A stretch of DNA of 64,000 bases from a virus (lineage: Duplodnaviria > Caudoviricetes), in IMG/VR virus record IMGVR_UViG_3300011008_000025, positions 1 to 64,000 of that record; one strand, written 5' to 3'. Under the pieces are notes generated by a model, which saw only the letters and a program-made list of their open reading frames with translations, searched no databases and was not told where the DNA came from. Each line of letters starts with the position of its first letter. The first letter of the stretch is position 1. Below are positions 17,792 through 27,227 of the stretch, piece after piece. Position numbers and translations under genes: made by a program.

Positions 17792-18112
17792 ACCCGAGCC
17801 AAAAGGCCCCTGTAGCATTTTGACGGTCATATCCGTGTTGTAAAGCATATCGATCGCGCATACCTGCTGCGGGTTGCGGGGGCGGATCGTACCAAGATAT
17901 CTGGTTTTGATCTGCTTGGTCGGAACGCGGACATGCGTTTCGCCGTTCCAGCGGTATGTATCGATCGTGTTGCCATCAATATCTGTGAGGAGCAGATATT
18001 CGTTTCGGAACAGATCGAAGCGATTAAACGTAAGATCGCTGTAGAAGGCGGCGAGCTCTTCGTCGCTTAAATACCGATCGACAAATCCCAGATATTTATC
18101 ACTCAATGCCAA
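17792..18112 (-). CDS. phoH: PhoH-like ATPase, exon 1
   Basis: IRPRNPQQ and GPFGSG. Confidence 0.88.
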
Positions 18113-18695
18113 GTTCCTCCGTCAAAATAGTTTTCACGTCGTCATATGTATAAGCTCTGTGTATGTTGTGACGCTCCGTATCAAACGTGTGGTTGTACGG
18201 CTTATCCATCAGGATCTTCAAACCGCGAAACCCGATCAGGTTCTGCGGCCGGTCGTCGATCAGGGCATCGCCGCGAATCATGGTTTTATTGGTGGTCATC
18301 ACAATGTTCTGCGGGTGAACATCGGGATAATACTCACCAAGAAAACGCAGCATATACTCGGTGCTGTTGACCGGGTTGCCGTCCCACATGTACTCATACA
18401 GCGTGGTTTCAGGCAGAGCCAGCAGGCCGGCCGTCACAATATATATGGTGTGCTTTTGCGCCAGATCGTGCAGAAGGTTTTGCGCTCCTTGTTCCGGATG
18501 GGCGTCCAGATAAAGCGTTCCATCCAGATATGGCGTATAGATCTGATAATCGGATAAGTCTGGAAACGATTCTCCGATTTCAAATTCGGAGACGCTTTCC
18601 CATTGAACCTGCTTGCCGTACTCACGATTCAGCTCCTGGATAAAACACTTGCTCAGATCGTTCAGTACGTCGTCAAAATCAAAAAGGATTGTCAT
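18099..18695 (-). CDS. 5'(3')-deoxyribonucleotidase (HAD, NT5C family)
   Basis: DFDDVL, IVTA, K...GDALIDD and PYN. Confidence 0.88.
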   Translation of the reverse strand: MTILFDFDDVLNDLSKCFIQELNREYGKQVQWESVSEFEIGESFPDLSDYQIYTPYLDGTLYLDAHPEQGAQNLLHDLAQKHTIYIVTAGLLALPETTLYEYMWDGNPVNSTEYMLRFLGEYYPDVHPQNIVMTTNKTMIRGDALIDDRPQNLIGFRGLKILMDKPYNHTFDTERHNIHRAYTYDDVKTILTEELGIE

Positions 18696-19244
18696 TTAAC
18701 GCCCCGCTTCCAGACAGGCTTGAATTGTCTTGATGATATTGTCCATATCATCGTCATTTTTGTTTTCAAACGCGTAACCATCTGCGCCGTAAAGTCTGGC
18801 GATCACCTTGGTGCGGACGCCGTCAAACGCCTTGCGGTCATGTTCGATACGTCCATCAATAGCTTCGTCGCTGTCGCCGCGCTCTTTCATACGGGCCCGG
18901 CACACGTCCTCCGGCACGTCCAGATAAACGATGATCGGTACGCGCCTGCCATGATACTGACTAAGGAACCACTCGATGCCGGCAGGGTCGATTACGTACA
19001 CGTCACTGGCATCCACTTGTTCTGCTGTGGCCCAATAGTCATAACCGTTGAAATTGGTGTAGGCCACCGGATGTTCAACTTTGAATTCGCTGACGAAAAT
19101 ATGTCCGGTCTCACCGGGAAAACGCGGCGGTCTTGTGGTGTAAGACTGTAATTCATGTAAGCCGATAGCGCCAAGGCGTTTCGCCAAGGTCGTCTTGCCG
19201 CTTCCACTTGGCCCAACGATCAGAAAAATGTAATTATCTCGCAT
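18696..19244 (-). CDS. guanylate kinase-like dNMP kinase
   Basis: GPSGSGKT, SYTTRPPR, HIFV and YVIDPAG. Confidence 0.88.
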   Translation of the reverse strand: MRDNYIFLIVGPSGSGKTTLAKRLGAIGLHELQSYTTRPPRFPGETGHIFVSEFKVEHPVAYTNFNGYDYWATAEQVDASDVYVIDPAGIEWFLSQYHGRRVPIIVYLDVPEDVCRARMKERGDSDEAIDGRIEHDRKAFDGVRTKVIARLYGADGYAFENKNDDDMDNIIKTIQACLEAGR

Positions 19245-19253
19245 AGCATCCCC

Positions 19254-19913
19254 TCACTGATAATATTCTGGATGGCTGGAGTAGCAGAAATATGTGGCTC
19301 CAAGCTGGTCATCTATCAGTTTCAGCGCCGTACCACTTCCCTGCGGGAAATTCGCCTGAAAGACAATAGACGGATCGTTCAGGACTCGTTCACCGCTCAG
19401 AAGCCGCTCTGCCAACTCGTATTCATGGTCAGTCAGTTTGACAGTGGCAAAGTTGCGGGCCAATGCGTACTGTCCTTTCTGATACACAACATCATGAATG
19501 GTATCCGGAAACTCCGGAGAGGCCACGCGATTCAGCACAACCTCCCCGGCAGCCATCTTCCAATCATCCGGCAGCCAGTAGCTGCCCGCTTCGTTATGGA
19601 TGACTCTCGCCAGAAGCTCAACATCTTCATCTGTATAATCAGACGCTTCCTCGTAGGCATCCATAGCGGACAGGATATCGACCGGGTCTGTAAAGCACAG
19701 AAAATAATTTGTCGTCCGGTAATCCAGATCCATGTTCTGGATCTTCTGATTTCGGAGTGTCTCATAGACAGCGCCCTGCCGCATAGACATTTCGTCGCCC
19801 TGTTCGGCGGCCTCGCGCATCATACGCCAGTAATCAACATCGGCGCAGGATGTTATAACGAACGCGCCGCAGATCAGCAGAGCGCAACAGAAAAAACATA
19901 ACAGTCGCTTCAT
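19254..19913 (-). CDS. exported cell wall hydrolase, SleB/Hydrolase_2 family
   Basis: Signal peptide; LARVIHNEA, VVLNRV and FPDTIHDVVYQKGQY. Confidence 0.85.
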   Translation of the reverse strand: MKRLLCFFCCALLICGAFVITSCADVDYWRMMREAAEQGDEMSMRQGAVYETLRNQKIQNMDLDYRTTNYFLCFTDPVDILSAMDAYEEASDYTDEDVELLARVIHNEAGSYWLPDDWKMAAGEVVLNRVASPEFPDTIHDVVYQKGQYALARNFATVKLTDHEYELAERLLSGERVLNDPSIVFQANFPQGSGTALKLIDDQLGATYFCYSSHPEYYQ

Positions 19914-19926
19914 AAGCTATTCTCCT

Positions 19927-20178
19927 TTATTCTCCAAAGTCGCGCACCGTAAAACAGTTGGAACACAGCTCGGTGCCGTCCTGTAATTTTATGTAGGTGT
20001 CGGTGATCATCTCTCCGCATTCGTCGCAGAGATGCGTCTGCGTGAACGGGCCTCCGCAATACGGGCAGCACAAGTGCTGTTCAAACAGATGATCTACAAG
20101 GCTGTAATGCTCGGTAAAGGTGTCTGGTTCATCAAATTCAAGCTTGCAATCCAGACAGGTATAACTTGAAACTCTCAT
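19927..20178 (-). CDS. zinc-finger protein
   Basis: Four CxxC pairs. Confidence 0.65.
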   Translation of the reverse strand: MRVSSYTCLDCKLEFDEPDTFTEHYSLVDHLFEQHLCCPYCGGPFTQTHLCDECGEMITDTYIKLQDGTELCSNCFTVRDFGE

Positions 20179-20179
20179 T

Positions 20180-23100
20180 TCATCCTCTCTCCACCGTGTA
20201 TTCGTTCAGATGCCAGTAGCCCTTATGGTCTTTGCTGACACCGCGAATCGACGTATGTAAAATGTCGAACTGCGCGAACGGGTGCTTACGGAACTGCCGC
20301 GCTTCCACTGTCATGTTGCTCTGCTTGCCTGTGCCGAGAGACTGCGTATTGACGCTGTAAGCCCACGGGTTGCGCGTTCTTGCGCTGATGAGCGGACGGA
20401 CTTCCAGAGCGATCAACTTTGTTCTGTCCTCCGGCAACCCGGTTACTTCGGACACATAGCCGAGCATATCTTTCTGATTAGCGATTTTCGTTTTAAGGTC
20501 GAGGTCCGGCAGATCCATTGCCAGCACCGTTTCCTCCACATGTTTCAGCAGTCCTGGCATGTCGGTAATCTTATAAGTTTTCAGCGTCTCGCCCTTGGCA
20601 TTGACATCGGTAGCATACGGCGCGATGAACTCTGCCATAGCCGGCGTGATGCGGTCTTTGTTAAAACTCTTGGCCTCCCCCTCTTTGAGAAAACGGTAAA
20701 GGTCAAGCATACGCGTCAGAGTCGGAATGTTGCCGTACTGCCGGAAGTAATCGACCTTGATGAGGTTGTCCAGTTGGTTGGAGCGCAGCGTTGTGTGTTC
20801 CTTCATCAGCCCGAGCAGCTCGATAAAGGAATCGGTCGGATTTGTTTTGGACAGCTCATAGAGGTCGCGTGAGACCTGCTTATTCAGATCGCGGATAGAA
20901 CCGACGCCTTTGTAGATTACGTTTTTGTCGCGGTCGAAGAAGTAGATGTCTGTGGATTCACCGTACTGCGGCGGCAGGATCTTGATCTTATACAGTTCTG
21001 CAAGCTCTGAGCCGTTTTTAATGTCATCGTCATTGGCGGCGTGGTTTAAGTAAGAAGTGATAAATTCCAATGGATAGTAGCAGCGAAGATATGCGCAGAT
21101 GTAGGAAAGCAGAGAGTAACCGATTGCATGATTCAGGCCAAACATGTAAGACGAAGCGTCCTCTATGATCTGCAGAAACTCTTTTGCCTCCTCCTCCGCA
21201 TCTTCGCGATTGTGCGGGGATTTGGAGCAATAACCATCAAGGATCTTCGGCAGAGCCGCCTCCAGGATCTCCGGTTTCTTGCGGGCGATGCCGCGCCGTA
21301 CCGTATCAGCCTCACTACCTGTCAGGCCGCACACGACCTGCAGGAACTTAATGATATCTTCCTGATAGACCAGATAACCGTTGTTATCGGACAGCAGGTC
21401 ATCGATCAGCTTGGAGGGGTTGCGATGTGGCTTACGCGAGATCAGGGCATCGCGGTAAGAAGCACCGGACGGGCGGATACAAGCGGTGACGATCGTCACA
21501 TCGAAAATCGATTTTGGCTGGAACTGACTGAGCAGTCGCATAGCGTAATCGCCCTCGAACTGGAAGATGCCGACAGGAGAGCGAACCATGTCTTCGTACA
21601 CCTTTTGGTCGTTCCAATTGATCTCGTTCATCTTCGGATACGGTTTCCCGGCATAGGCGAATGCGTCGCGAATGATGCCGATATTGCTCAGCACCAGAAA
21701 GTCATACTTGACAAGACCGCAGTCATGAATCTCGTCCATATCGATCATCAGGCACTGGTCGCCGTCTTTTTCAAACGTACCGTAATGATCCGGCAGCGTG
21801 ACAGGGCTGATGACCATACCGGCCGGGTGAACAGACTGGCTGATCTTCACACCCCACAGTCCGTCGAAATACTGAAACACGTCAGGCTTCTTCCGCTTAA
21901 GCTCTTGGAGCCACTCGATTTCGTCGATGGTTCCTTTCTTGACGGCGTTATCCATGGCGCTGTCCGCGTCGTCCGGGAGCATATCTTTCAGCTTATCGGC
22001 AGCAGCGTAACAGTACGGATTCTCCTGTGTGCGGTCGTCGAAGCGTAGACCGTGAGTCTCGTTCCACTCATACATCTTTGCGCGGCAGACCTCGTCTACG
22101 ACGCCCCTTGCCTTGATTGTCCCGTAGGACGGGACGCGGGCGGTTTTGCTCTGGCCGAACCGGCCAATGATATATTCAAAAATTTTGGGTCTGTCTGTGT
22201 CGATCACATCGACATCGATATCACCCACTTCGACACGATCTTCATTGCAGAAGCGCGAGAATACCGTGTGCCACTGCTCCGGATTCAGGTCAGTGATGTT
22301 GTCCACATACGCCACGCGGGAACCGCCGACAGAGCCGCGAGACGGGCCGACCGGAATGCCATTTTCCTTACACCATGTGATCAGCTCGCTCATGCTGAGC
22401 ATGAAACCAGACATCTGTACCTTTTCAAAAACACGGAGCTCTTCGTTGATGGCGTCCCGAAAACCCTGCTCCTGTTCCGTCGGGATCACACCGTCGGCGA
22501 GTTTCTTATCAAGGTTTTTCCATGTGACTTCGACCAGCTTTTTCTTGTCTTCTTCCTGCGAACCGTAGAGGATCGGGTATTTCAGAGAGGTGTCCAGCGT
22601 CCAGTTCTCGCACATATCTGCCGCCACATTGGTGTTGTTGATCGCGTCCATATACACGGACTCCGGCAGGATGTCCTGCTCCCGGAACATCTCGACCAAT
22701 TCCTCATAGGATTTGTAGGTCAGATCAAAGGTGTCGTCGTCATAGCTCTTCCGCTTTGCTCCGGTCAGAATGGCGCGGCAGTCACGATGATAAGCATTCA
22801 GGCTGTGCGTATCTGTGCCGACGATCAGCGGCTTGTGATACTGCGCGGCCAAGGACGCCAGATGAACGTTAAAAGCTTTTTGATCCGGGTCATTATGCGG
22901 CTGGATCTCCAGAAAATCATAGCGGTCTATCAGCTTTTTGTAGTAAGGATGGTCGATGGGCAGCTTGTTAAGAGGAGACGCCAGACAGGCGCTCGTCGTA
23001 AGGATGTTCGGCGAGAGACGCAGGAACTCATCGAAGGTCATGCGGTTGGTAAAATAGAAATGATCCGGCTGGGCGGAACGCGATACGGCATTGTTAAGCT

Positions 23101-23410
23101 CAAGAACACCATCCCAATTCTTTGCCAGCAGGATCGTGTGGTAGTTGTCGCGCACCTTTTTCATCTCACCGGTTTCCGGATCTCGCTGTTCCAGAGCCTC
23201 CGTCAGATAGATCTCTACGCCGTGGATAAACTTAATTCCGGCGGCGTCGCAGGCCATTTTCTTACGCACCCATCCACGCGGAAGCCCGTGCTCGGTAGAG
23301 GCGATGGCGGTCTGACCAAGCTCTTTCGCTCTGGCTATGTAATCAGAAAAGCGTGTTGTGCTGTCGAGTAAGCTGTAATCGGAGTGAAGATGCGTAACTG
23401 TGTAATTAAT
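20180..23410 (-). CDS. dnaE: DNA polymerase III alpha subunit (family C); probable ATT start
   Basis: PHP domain HLHSDYS, RGSVGGS, FSRF, DIDVD, HPAG, KYDFL, YQE and HAIGY. AGGAGGTG lies 7 nt before ATT 23410. Confidence 0.95.
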   Translation of the reverse strand: MNYTVTHLHSDYSLLDSTTRFSDYIARAKELGQTAIASTEHGLPRGWVRKKMACDAAGIKFIHGVEIYLTEALEQRDPETGEMKKVRDNYHTILLAKNWDGVLELNNAVSRSAQPDHFYFTNRMTFDEFLRLSPNILTTSACLASPLNKLPIDHPYYKKLIDRYDFLEIQPHNDPDQKAFNVHLASLAAQYHKPLIVGTDTHSLNAYHRDCRAILTGAKRKSYDDDTFDLTYKSYEELVEMFREQDILPESVYMDAINNTNVAADMCENWTLDTSLKYPILYGSQEEDKKKLVEVTWKNLDKKLADGVIPTEQEQGFRDAINEELRVFEKVQMSGFMLSMSELITWCKENGIPVGPSRGSVGGSRVAYVDNITDLNPEQWHTVFSRFCNEDRVEVGDIDVDVIDTDRPKIFEYIIGRFGQSKTARVPSYGTIKARGVVDEVCRAKMYEWNETHGLRFDDRTQENPYCYAAADKLKDMLPDDADSAMDNAVKKGTIDEIEWLQELKRKKPDVFQYFDGLWGVKISQSVHPAGMVISPVTLPDHYGTFEKDGDQCLMIDMDEIHDCGLVKYDFLVLSNIGIIRDAFAYAGKPYPKMNEINWNDQKVYEDMVRSPVGIFQFEGDYAMRLLSQFQPKSIFDVTIVTACIRPSGASYRDALISRKPHRNPSKLIDDLLSDNNGYLVYQEDIIKFLQVVCGLTGSEADTVRRGIARKKPEILEAALPKILDGYCSKSPHNREDAEEEAKEFLQIIEDASSYMFGLNHAIGYSLLSYICAYLRCYYPLEFITSYLNHAANDDDIKNGSELAELYKIKILPPQYGESTDIYFFDRDKNVIYKGVGSIRDLNKQVSRDLYELSKTNPTDSFIELLGLMKEHTTLRSNQLDNLIKVDYFRQYGNIPTLTRMLDLYRFLKEGEAKSFNKDRITPAMAEFIAPYATDVNAKGETLKTYKITDMPGLLKHVEETVLAMDLPDLDLKTKIANQKDMLGYVSEVTGLPEDRTKLIALEVRPLISARTRNPWAYSVNTQSLGTGKQSNMTVEARQFRKHPFAQFDILHTSIRGVSKDHKGYWHLNEYTVERG

Positions 23411-25340
23411 CGCCGAACACCTCCTCTGCGTCATAGTTGCGACCGCTGCTCAGGCAGCCGTCATAAAGATTGGTATCCCATAAATACTGATGATCGTATT
23501 CCTCATCGTCGGAAAAGAAGCGGCGTGACGCCGGGTCGTAGTACAGGCCGAGCTCAATATTGGAGCGACCGAACATGCGGTCTTTCAGAATCGTTACAAG
23601 CACATCGCAGCCCAGCAGAGCCCGGCGGCGTGGAGAAAAGCGTGCCGCATTGTCACGGTCGGCGTCGGTCACGCGGCGCATGGAGATTGTACGGTGGGCC
23701 AGATTGGCTATGTTCGATGTGCCGGCGATATCGTCGAGGCCGATTTCCGCGCCGCCGTCTTTTGTGGAGAGCTTTCGCGGGTGCGCCACAAGAATTACGG
23801 CGCAATCGTATCGGCGGGCAAAGAGGATAAGCTTTTTAATAGTGTCGGTCTGCGCTTTCAGCTCGCTATCGCTATTCTCGGTGTCGATACACATGAAGTT
23901 GTCGAGGATCAGCAGCTTCGTTGCGTACTTGCGTACCGAATTCGTCATGGAATCCAGCAGACTGTCGAGAGTGTTATCGCCGTCGTCGCGGTAGATATAC
24001 CAACGGCCTTTATATTTCTCGTTGATGGCCGCGATCGTTTTGTTTGTGATGCGTTTATAGGCGTCGCCGCGTGTGGATACGGAATCTTCCACGTTGCGCG
24101 GCCCTGCAAATATGTAATTGAACCAGCTTTTTTCTACGGAGTTGGGCAGTTCGCCGCTGTAGAGCCAGGTATTGATACCCTGGTCAAGAGCGTTGCACAC
24201 AAGCTGGGAGATCAAACTGCTCTTACCGGAACCGGGTCGGCCGGAGATAACGGTCAGGGTTCCGAAAAACAGACGAAGGAGGTTGTCGTCCAGAGGCTTG
24301 AGACCGAATTGCACCCCATCCACATCTTCATAATCGGTCGCCTGTATCTCGGACAGATCCACGACAGAGGCCACGGGGCTGTCTTCCGCCGAGAGGATGG
24401 CGTCGATCACGGCTTCTTTGCCGCTGTGATACAGGAGCTCATTCAGGTCTTTTAGGGGTTGTTCTTCGCCGCGTTTGTTGATAACCGTGGTCGGCAGATG
24501 GATCGTTTTGGTGCGCCATGCGCCGAGCATCGGCACGACCGTTTTCTGGTACTTAGTTCCCGACTCGTCGTTATCCGGACAGATGATAATACTCTGGAAC
24601 TGTTCGAGCCAGTCGTAACACTCCTGCACCCAATGGAGGTTCTGATCTCCGAGCGGGATCGACACAGCGTTTTTCCATCCGGCTTCCACGGCTGCCGCGC
24701 AGTCCAGCTCTCCGGAGCAGATCAGAAGCGGCTGATCCGGGTTGATGCGGTTCATATTGAAGAGGATCGGCGCCGTGTCCGCGTTTTCCTGACACCAGTT
24801 TTTTGACTGTCCCTTTTCGATTCTGTGGGACGGACGATACTTCACCATGGTCAGCGTGTCGTTGGCGTCGTAGTAGTTGAACACGCAATTCCCCTCTTCG
24901 TCCTGTCGAATGTCAAGGTAATCCGCTGTTTCCGGGCTGATCTTACGGAGTGACAGGTAGTGATACACCTGTGTTTTGTCCGTACAGATCACTTCTTTCG
25001 GATAGCGGTAAGCGCGTTTCGTTCTGACTTTGCGCTCGCCGAAGGTATATGGGATCTTCGCCGTCTGAAAGAGCTTGTCGCAAGCTTCCAGATAGGTCAG
25101 GCCCTTATGCATATAGATGTCGATGATGTCATAACTGCGGCCGCACGACCCAAAGCAATGGAAACTGAGCGATTTCGGGTTCCAGATGAAAGACACATGG
25201 TCTTCATTATGAAACGGGCAGCAGCACTTCAAATTTCTCTCGTCAAAATCTTCGATTTCCAACTCGTCGCGGATCATCAAAGCCATCTCGTCGCCGAGTT
25301 TTTCTTTCGCTTCCTGTATTTTTTTAGGATCAACTAAAAT
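23406..25340 (-). CDS. bifunctional primase-helicase (T7 gp4/Twinkle-like); probable ATT start
   Basis: CHC2-like zinc finger (CPFH...CFGSC), TOPRIM GELD and DND, Walker A GRPGSGKS, and LVAHPRK. AAGGAGG lies upstream of ATT 25340. Confidence 0.9.
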   Translation of the reverse strand: MLVDPKKIQEAKEKLGDEMALMIRDELEIEDFDERNLKCCCPFHNEDHVSFIWNPKSLSFHCFGSCGRSYDIIDIYMHKGLTYLEACDKLFQTAKIPYTFGERKVRTKRAYRYPKEVICTDKTQVYHYLSLRKISPETADYLDIRQDEEGNCVFNYYDANDTLTMVKYRPSHRIEKGQSKNWCQENADTAPILFNMNRINPDQPLLICSGELDCAAAVEAGWKNAVSIPLGDQNLHWVQECYDWLEQFQSIIICPDNDESGTKYQKTVVPMLGAWRTKTIHLPTTVINKRGEEQPLKDLNELLYHSGKEAVIDAILSAEDSPVASVVDLSEIQATDYEDVDGVQFGLKPLDDNLLRLFFGTLTVISGRPGSGKSSLISQLVCNALDQGINTWLYSGELPNSVEKSWFNYIFAGPRNVEDSVSTRGDAYKRITNKTIAAINEKYKGRWYIYRDDGDNTLDSLLDSMTNSVRKYATKLLILDNFMCIDTENSDSELKAQTDTIKKLILFARRYDCAVILVAHPRKLSTKDGGAEIGLDDIAGTSNIANLAHRTISMRRVTDADRDNAARFSPRRRALLGCDVLVTILKDRMFGRSNIELGLYYDPASRRFFSDDEEYDHQYLWDTNLYDGCLSSGRNYDAEEVFGD

Positions 25341-25371
25341 GGTACCGCCCTCCTTTTACTTTCAGGTCGCG

Positions 25372-25644
25372 TTAAAGCAATTGAAAGGCCCGACGCACAA
25401 CGTCGGCCTTACATTTCTGCAGAACATCCTCCCACGAGTCGCCGTGCCATACCACTTCTCGCGGTTCCGGCCCGACGTGATACGCCAGCGTAAGATGGTA
25501 TACATCATTTTCCGTGTCACAAGACGGAATCAGTTGACACGGTTCCTCATCAGCAGTCTCGCCATCTTCTTCCATATCACGGCGCAGCAGCGATACCAAC
25601 AGGCGGCGCACTTCATTGAATTCATATTTCAATCTTTCTGGCAT
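25372..25644 (-). CDS. hypothetical protein
   Basis: Strong AAGGAGGTG RBS. Confidence 0.65.
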   Translation of the reverse strand: MPERLKYEFNEVRRLLVSLLRRDMEEDGETADEEPCQLIPSCDTENDVYHLTLAYHVGPEPREVVWHGDSWEDVLQKCKADVVRRAFQLL

Positions 25645-25677
25645 TGGGTCACCTCCTTAAACTTTGTTGTGTGTATA

Positions 25678-25965
25678 AAATTGCGGGCAGGGATTTGCAC
25701 CCTGCATACTGACGTTATTGCACCTTGCGCCCCCGGGAGTCGAACCCGGAGACTTGGGGACTCGAACCCCTTCCTCACGTCAGCCTGAGACCGTCAACTA
25801 TGCGTCTACTCTTGGCTTATCCGGATTAACTGTCCGGCGCTGTGCGCATCAGCCGCCTTTACCATATTTGCCTTTTCACTCAATGCCATTCCTGCGCCCT
25901 GATCCATGGGCCGGTTTTCTGTTAAGTACCTCAACGCAAATATGTCTATTCCGCCACCGCAATTT
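25678..25965 (-). ncRNA. candidate large tRNA-like structured RNA with three T-loop hairpins
   Basis: Terminal stem AAATTGCGG/CCGCAATTT; split Leu-like D-arm; T-arm GCAGGG-TGCAAAT-CCCTGC; two internal TTCGA hairpins; no anticodon arm. Confidence 0.7.
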
Positions 25966-25972
25966 ATTTCTG

Positions 25973-26854
25973 TTATCTCTGTTCGTTTCGGACCAGCCGG
26001 AACATAGGCTCGATCTCGTCCATCAGCGGCCAACGCTCGGTTGACACACTGCTTTTGGCGAACTCTCTGAAAACGGCGTCCACGTACATCGTGAACTGAC
26101 CGTCGTCGCCCATATAGAATTCATTCCATTCCTCTTCACTCATCAGGCGCTTCGGGTCGAGCTGACGAATCGCCAGATTGTCAAAACTCACGACCTCAAA
26201 ATGTTTTACGAGCTCCGGAAGTTCCGCGTACAGATGGGCCATATTCAGGTCAGTATCCGGTTTATGCGCCGCAACGCCGCGACGAAAATCCTTGTAGCCG
26301 AGGATCAAAAGCTTAAGTCCCTTGTCATACATCATCCTGAGTTCATCGACTGTAATCACGCCGTTGATCACGTGCAGTACCACGTTTGGGATCTGGCGCA
26401 GTTTATCCAGCAGATCGTTGGTCATGTACGTGACAGACACGCCCAGACCGTGGATATAGCCGTCGTCCGACAGCTGCTTAATGCGGTCAAAGTCCCGAAT
26501 GAAATGCGCGGCGTTGACCGTCATATTGGCGATCAGCCGTTTTGATTTCAGAAGCCGCAGGAACTGCGTCAGGTCTGGATGGCTCAGCGGGTTGCCGCCG
26601 CCGATGGCAATCTCTGTGTACGGCAGCAGCGTATCCAGAAACGGAAGATTCAGGATATCGCCGTGGGCGCCGCCGGGCGTGGAATCTTCGTGACACATGG
26701 GGCAACCCATATCACAGCGGTTTGTGATTTTGAGATCCATGGATTCGGGCTTCGTCGGCTCAAAAGCGGTACCGCACGTTTGCCTTACCTTGGTGCCGTC
26801 ATCCCAGATGGTTACGGAATAGTTGCCATTTTGATAAGAGCCGAGAACTTTCAT
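25973..26854 (-). CDS. radical SAM protein of unknown function
   Basis: CDMGCPMC cluster motif, EIAIGGGNPL, NMTVN and VSFDNLA. Confidence 0.9.
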   Translation of the reverse strand: MKVLGSYQNGNYSVTIWDDGTKVRQTCGTAFEPTKPESMDLKITNRCDMGCPMCHEDSTPGGAHGDILNLPFLDTLLPYTEIAIGGGNPLSHPDLTQFLRLLKSKRLIANMTVNAAHFIRDFDRIKQLSDDGYIHGLGVSVTYMTNDLLDKLRQIPNVVLHVINGVITVDELRMMYDKGLKLLILGYKDFRRGVAAHKPDTDLNMAHLYAELPELVKHFEVVSFDNLAIRQLDPKRLMSEEEWNEFYMGDDGQFTMYVDAVFREFAKSSVSTERWPLMDEIEPMFRLVRNEQR

Positions 26855-26866
26855 CCAAATTCCTCC

Positions 26867-27226
26867 TTAGTCGTGGCCGTACCAGCCGAATGCTACCACC
26901 GTCTCGCCGGACGGCGTCGTAAACGAGTCGTCATACCATTCCAGGTACTCGTAATAATACGTGTCATACGTATAGATTTCGTGTTCGCGCATAATTGCCA
27001 GAAGCTCGTCCTCCGATAACTTTTCAGGTTCCGAAACAGGATCCCACTTATCGCTTCTCAAAAGCTCAAAAGCTTCGTCTTTTTGCATAAATTGTTTGCT
27101 GGGATAGCCCTCATTATAGTAAATATGACCATTTTTCCACTCATCAAAGTCCGATTTCATACACATCGTGATGGAGTGGGTCGAACTGCTGTTCGTTTCA
27201 AAGACACCGCGCCGGATCTGAATCAT
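26867..27226 (-). CDS. FETNSSSTHS-motif protein, paralog 2
   Basis: N-terminal IRRGVFETNSSSTHSI. Confidence 0.8.
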   Translation of the reverse strand: MIQIRRGVFETNSSSTHSITMCMKSDFDEWKNGHIYYNEGYPSKQFMQKDEAFELLRSDKWDPVSEPEKLSEDELLAIMREHEIYTYDTYYYEYLEWYDDSFTTPSGETVVAFGWYGHD

Positions 27227-27227
27227 A

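Noticed and set aside
20282-24806. Long plus-strand ORFs opposite dnaE and the primase (also 11983-12978, 46136-47242, 47708-48805, and minus-strand 53162-54763)
   Set aside because: These are antisense shadows caused by GC3-biased codons, with no RBS or recognisable domains.
25678-25965. tmRNA or intron-containing tRNA
   Set aside because: There is no Ala acceptor identity (GGGG...CCA with G3-U70), no tag frame, no group I core motifs, and no anticodon arm to restore.
25806-26033. 75-aa ORF
   Set aside because: It has no RBS and overlaps both the radical SAM gene and the base-paired RNA element, which explains the sequence better.
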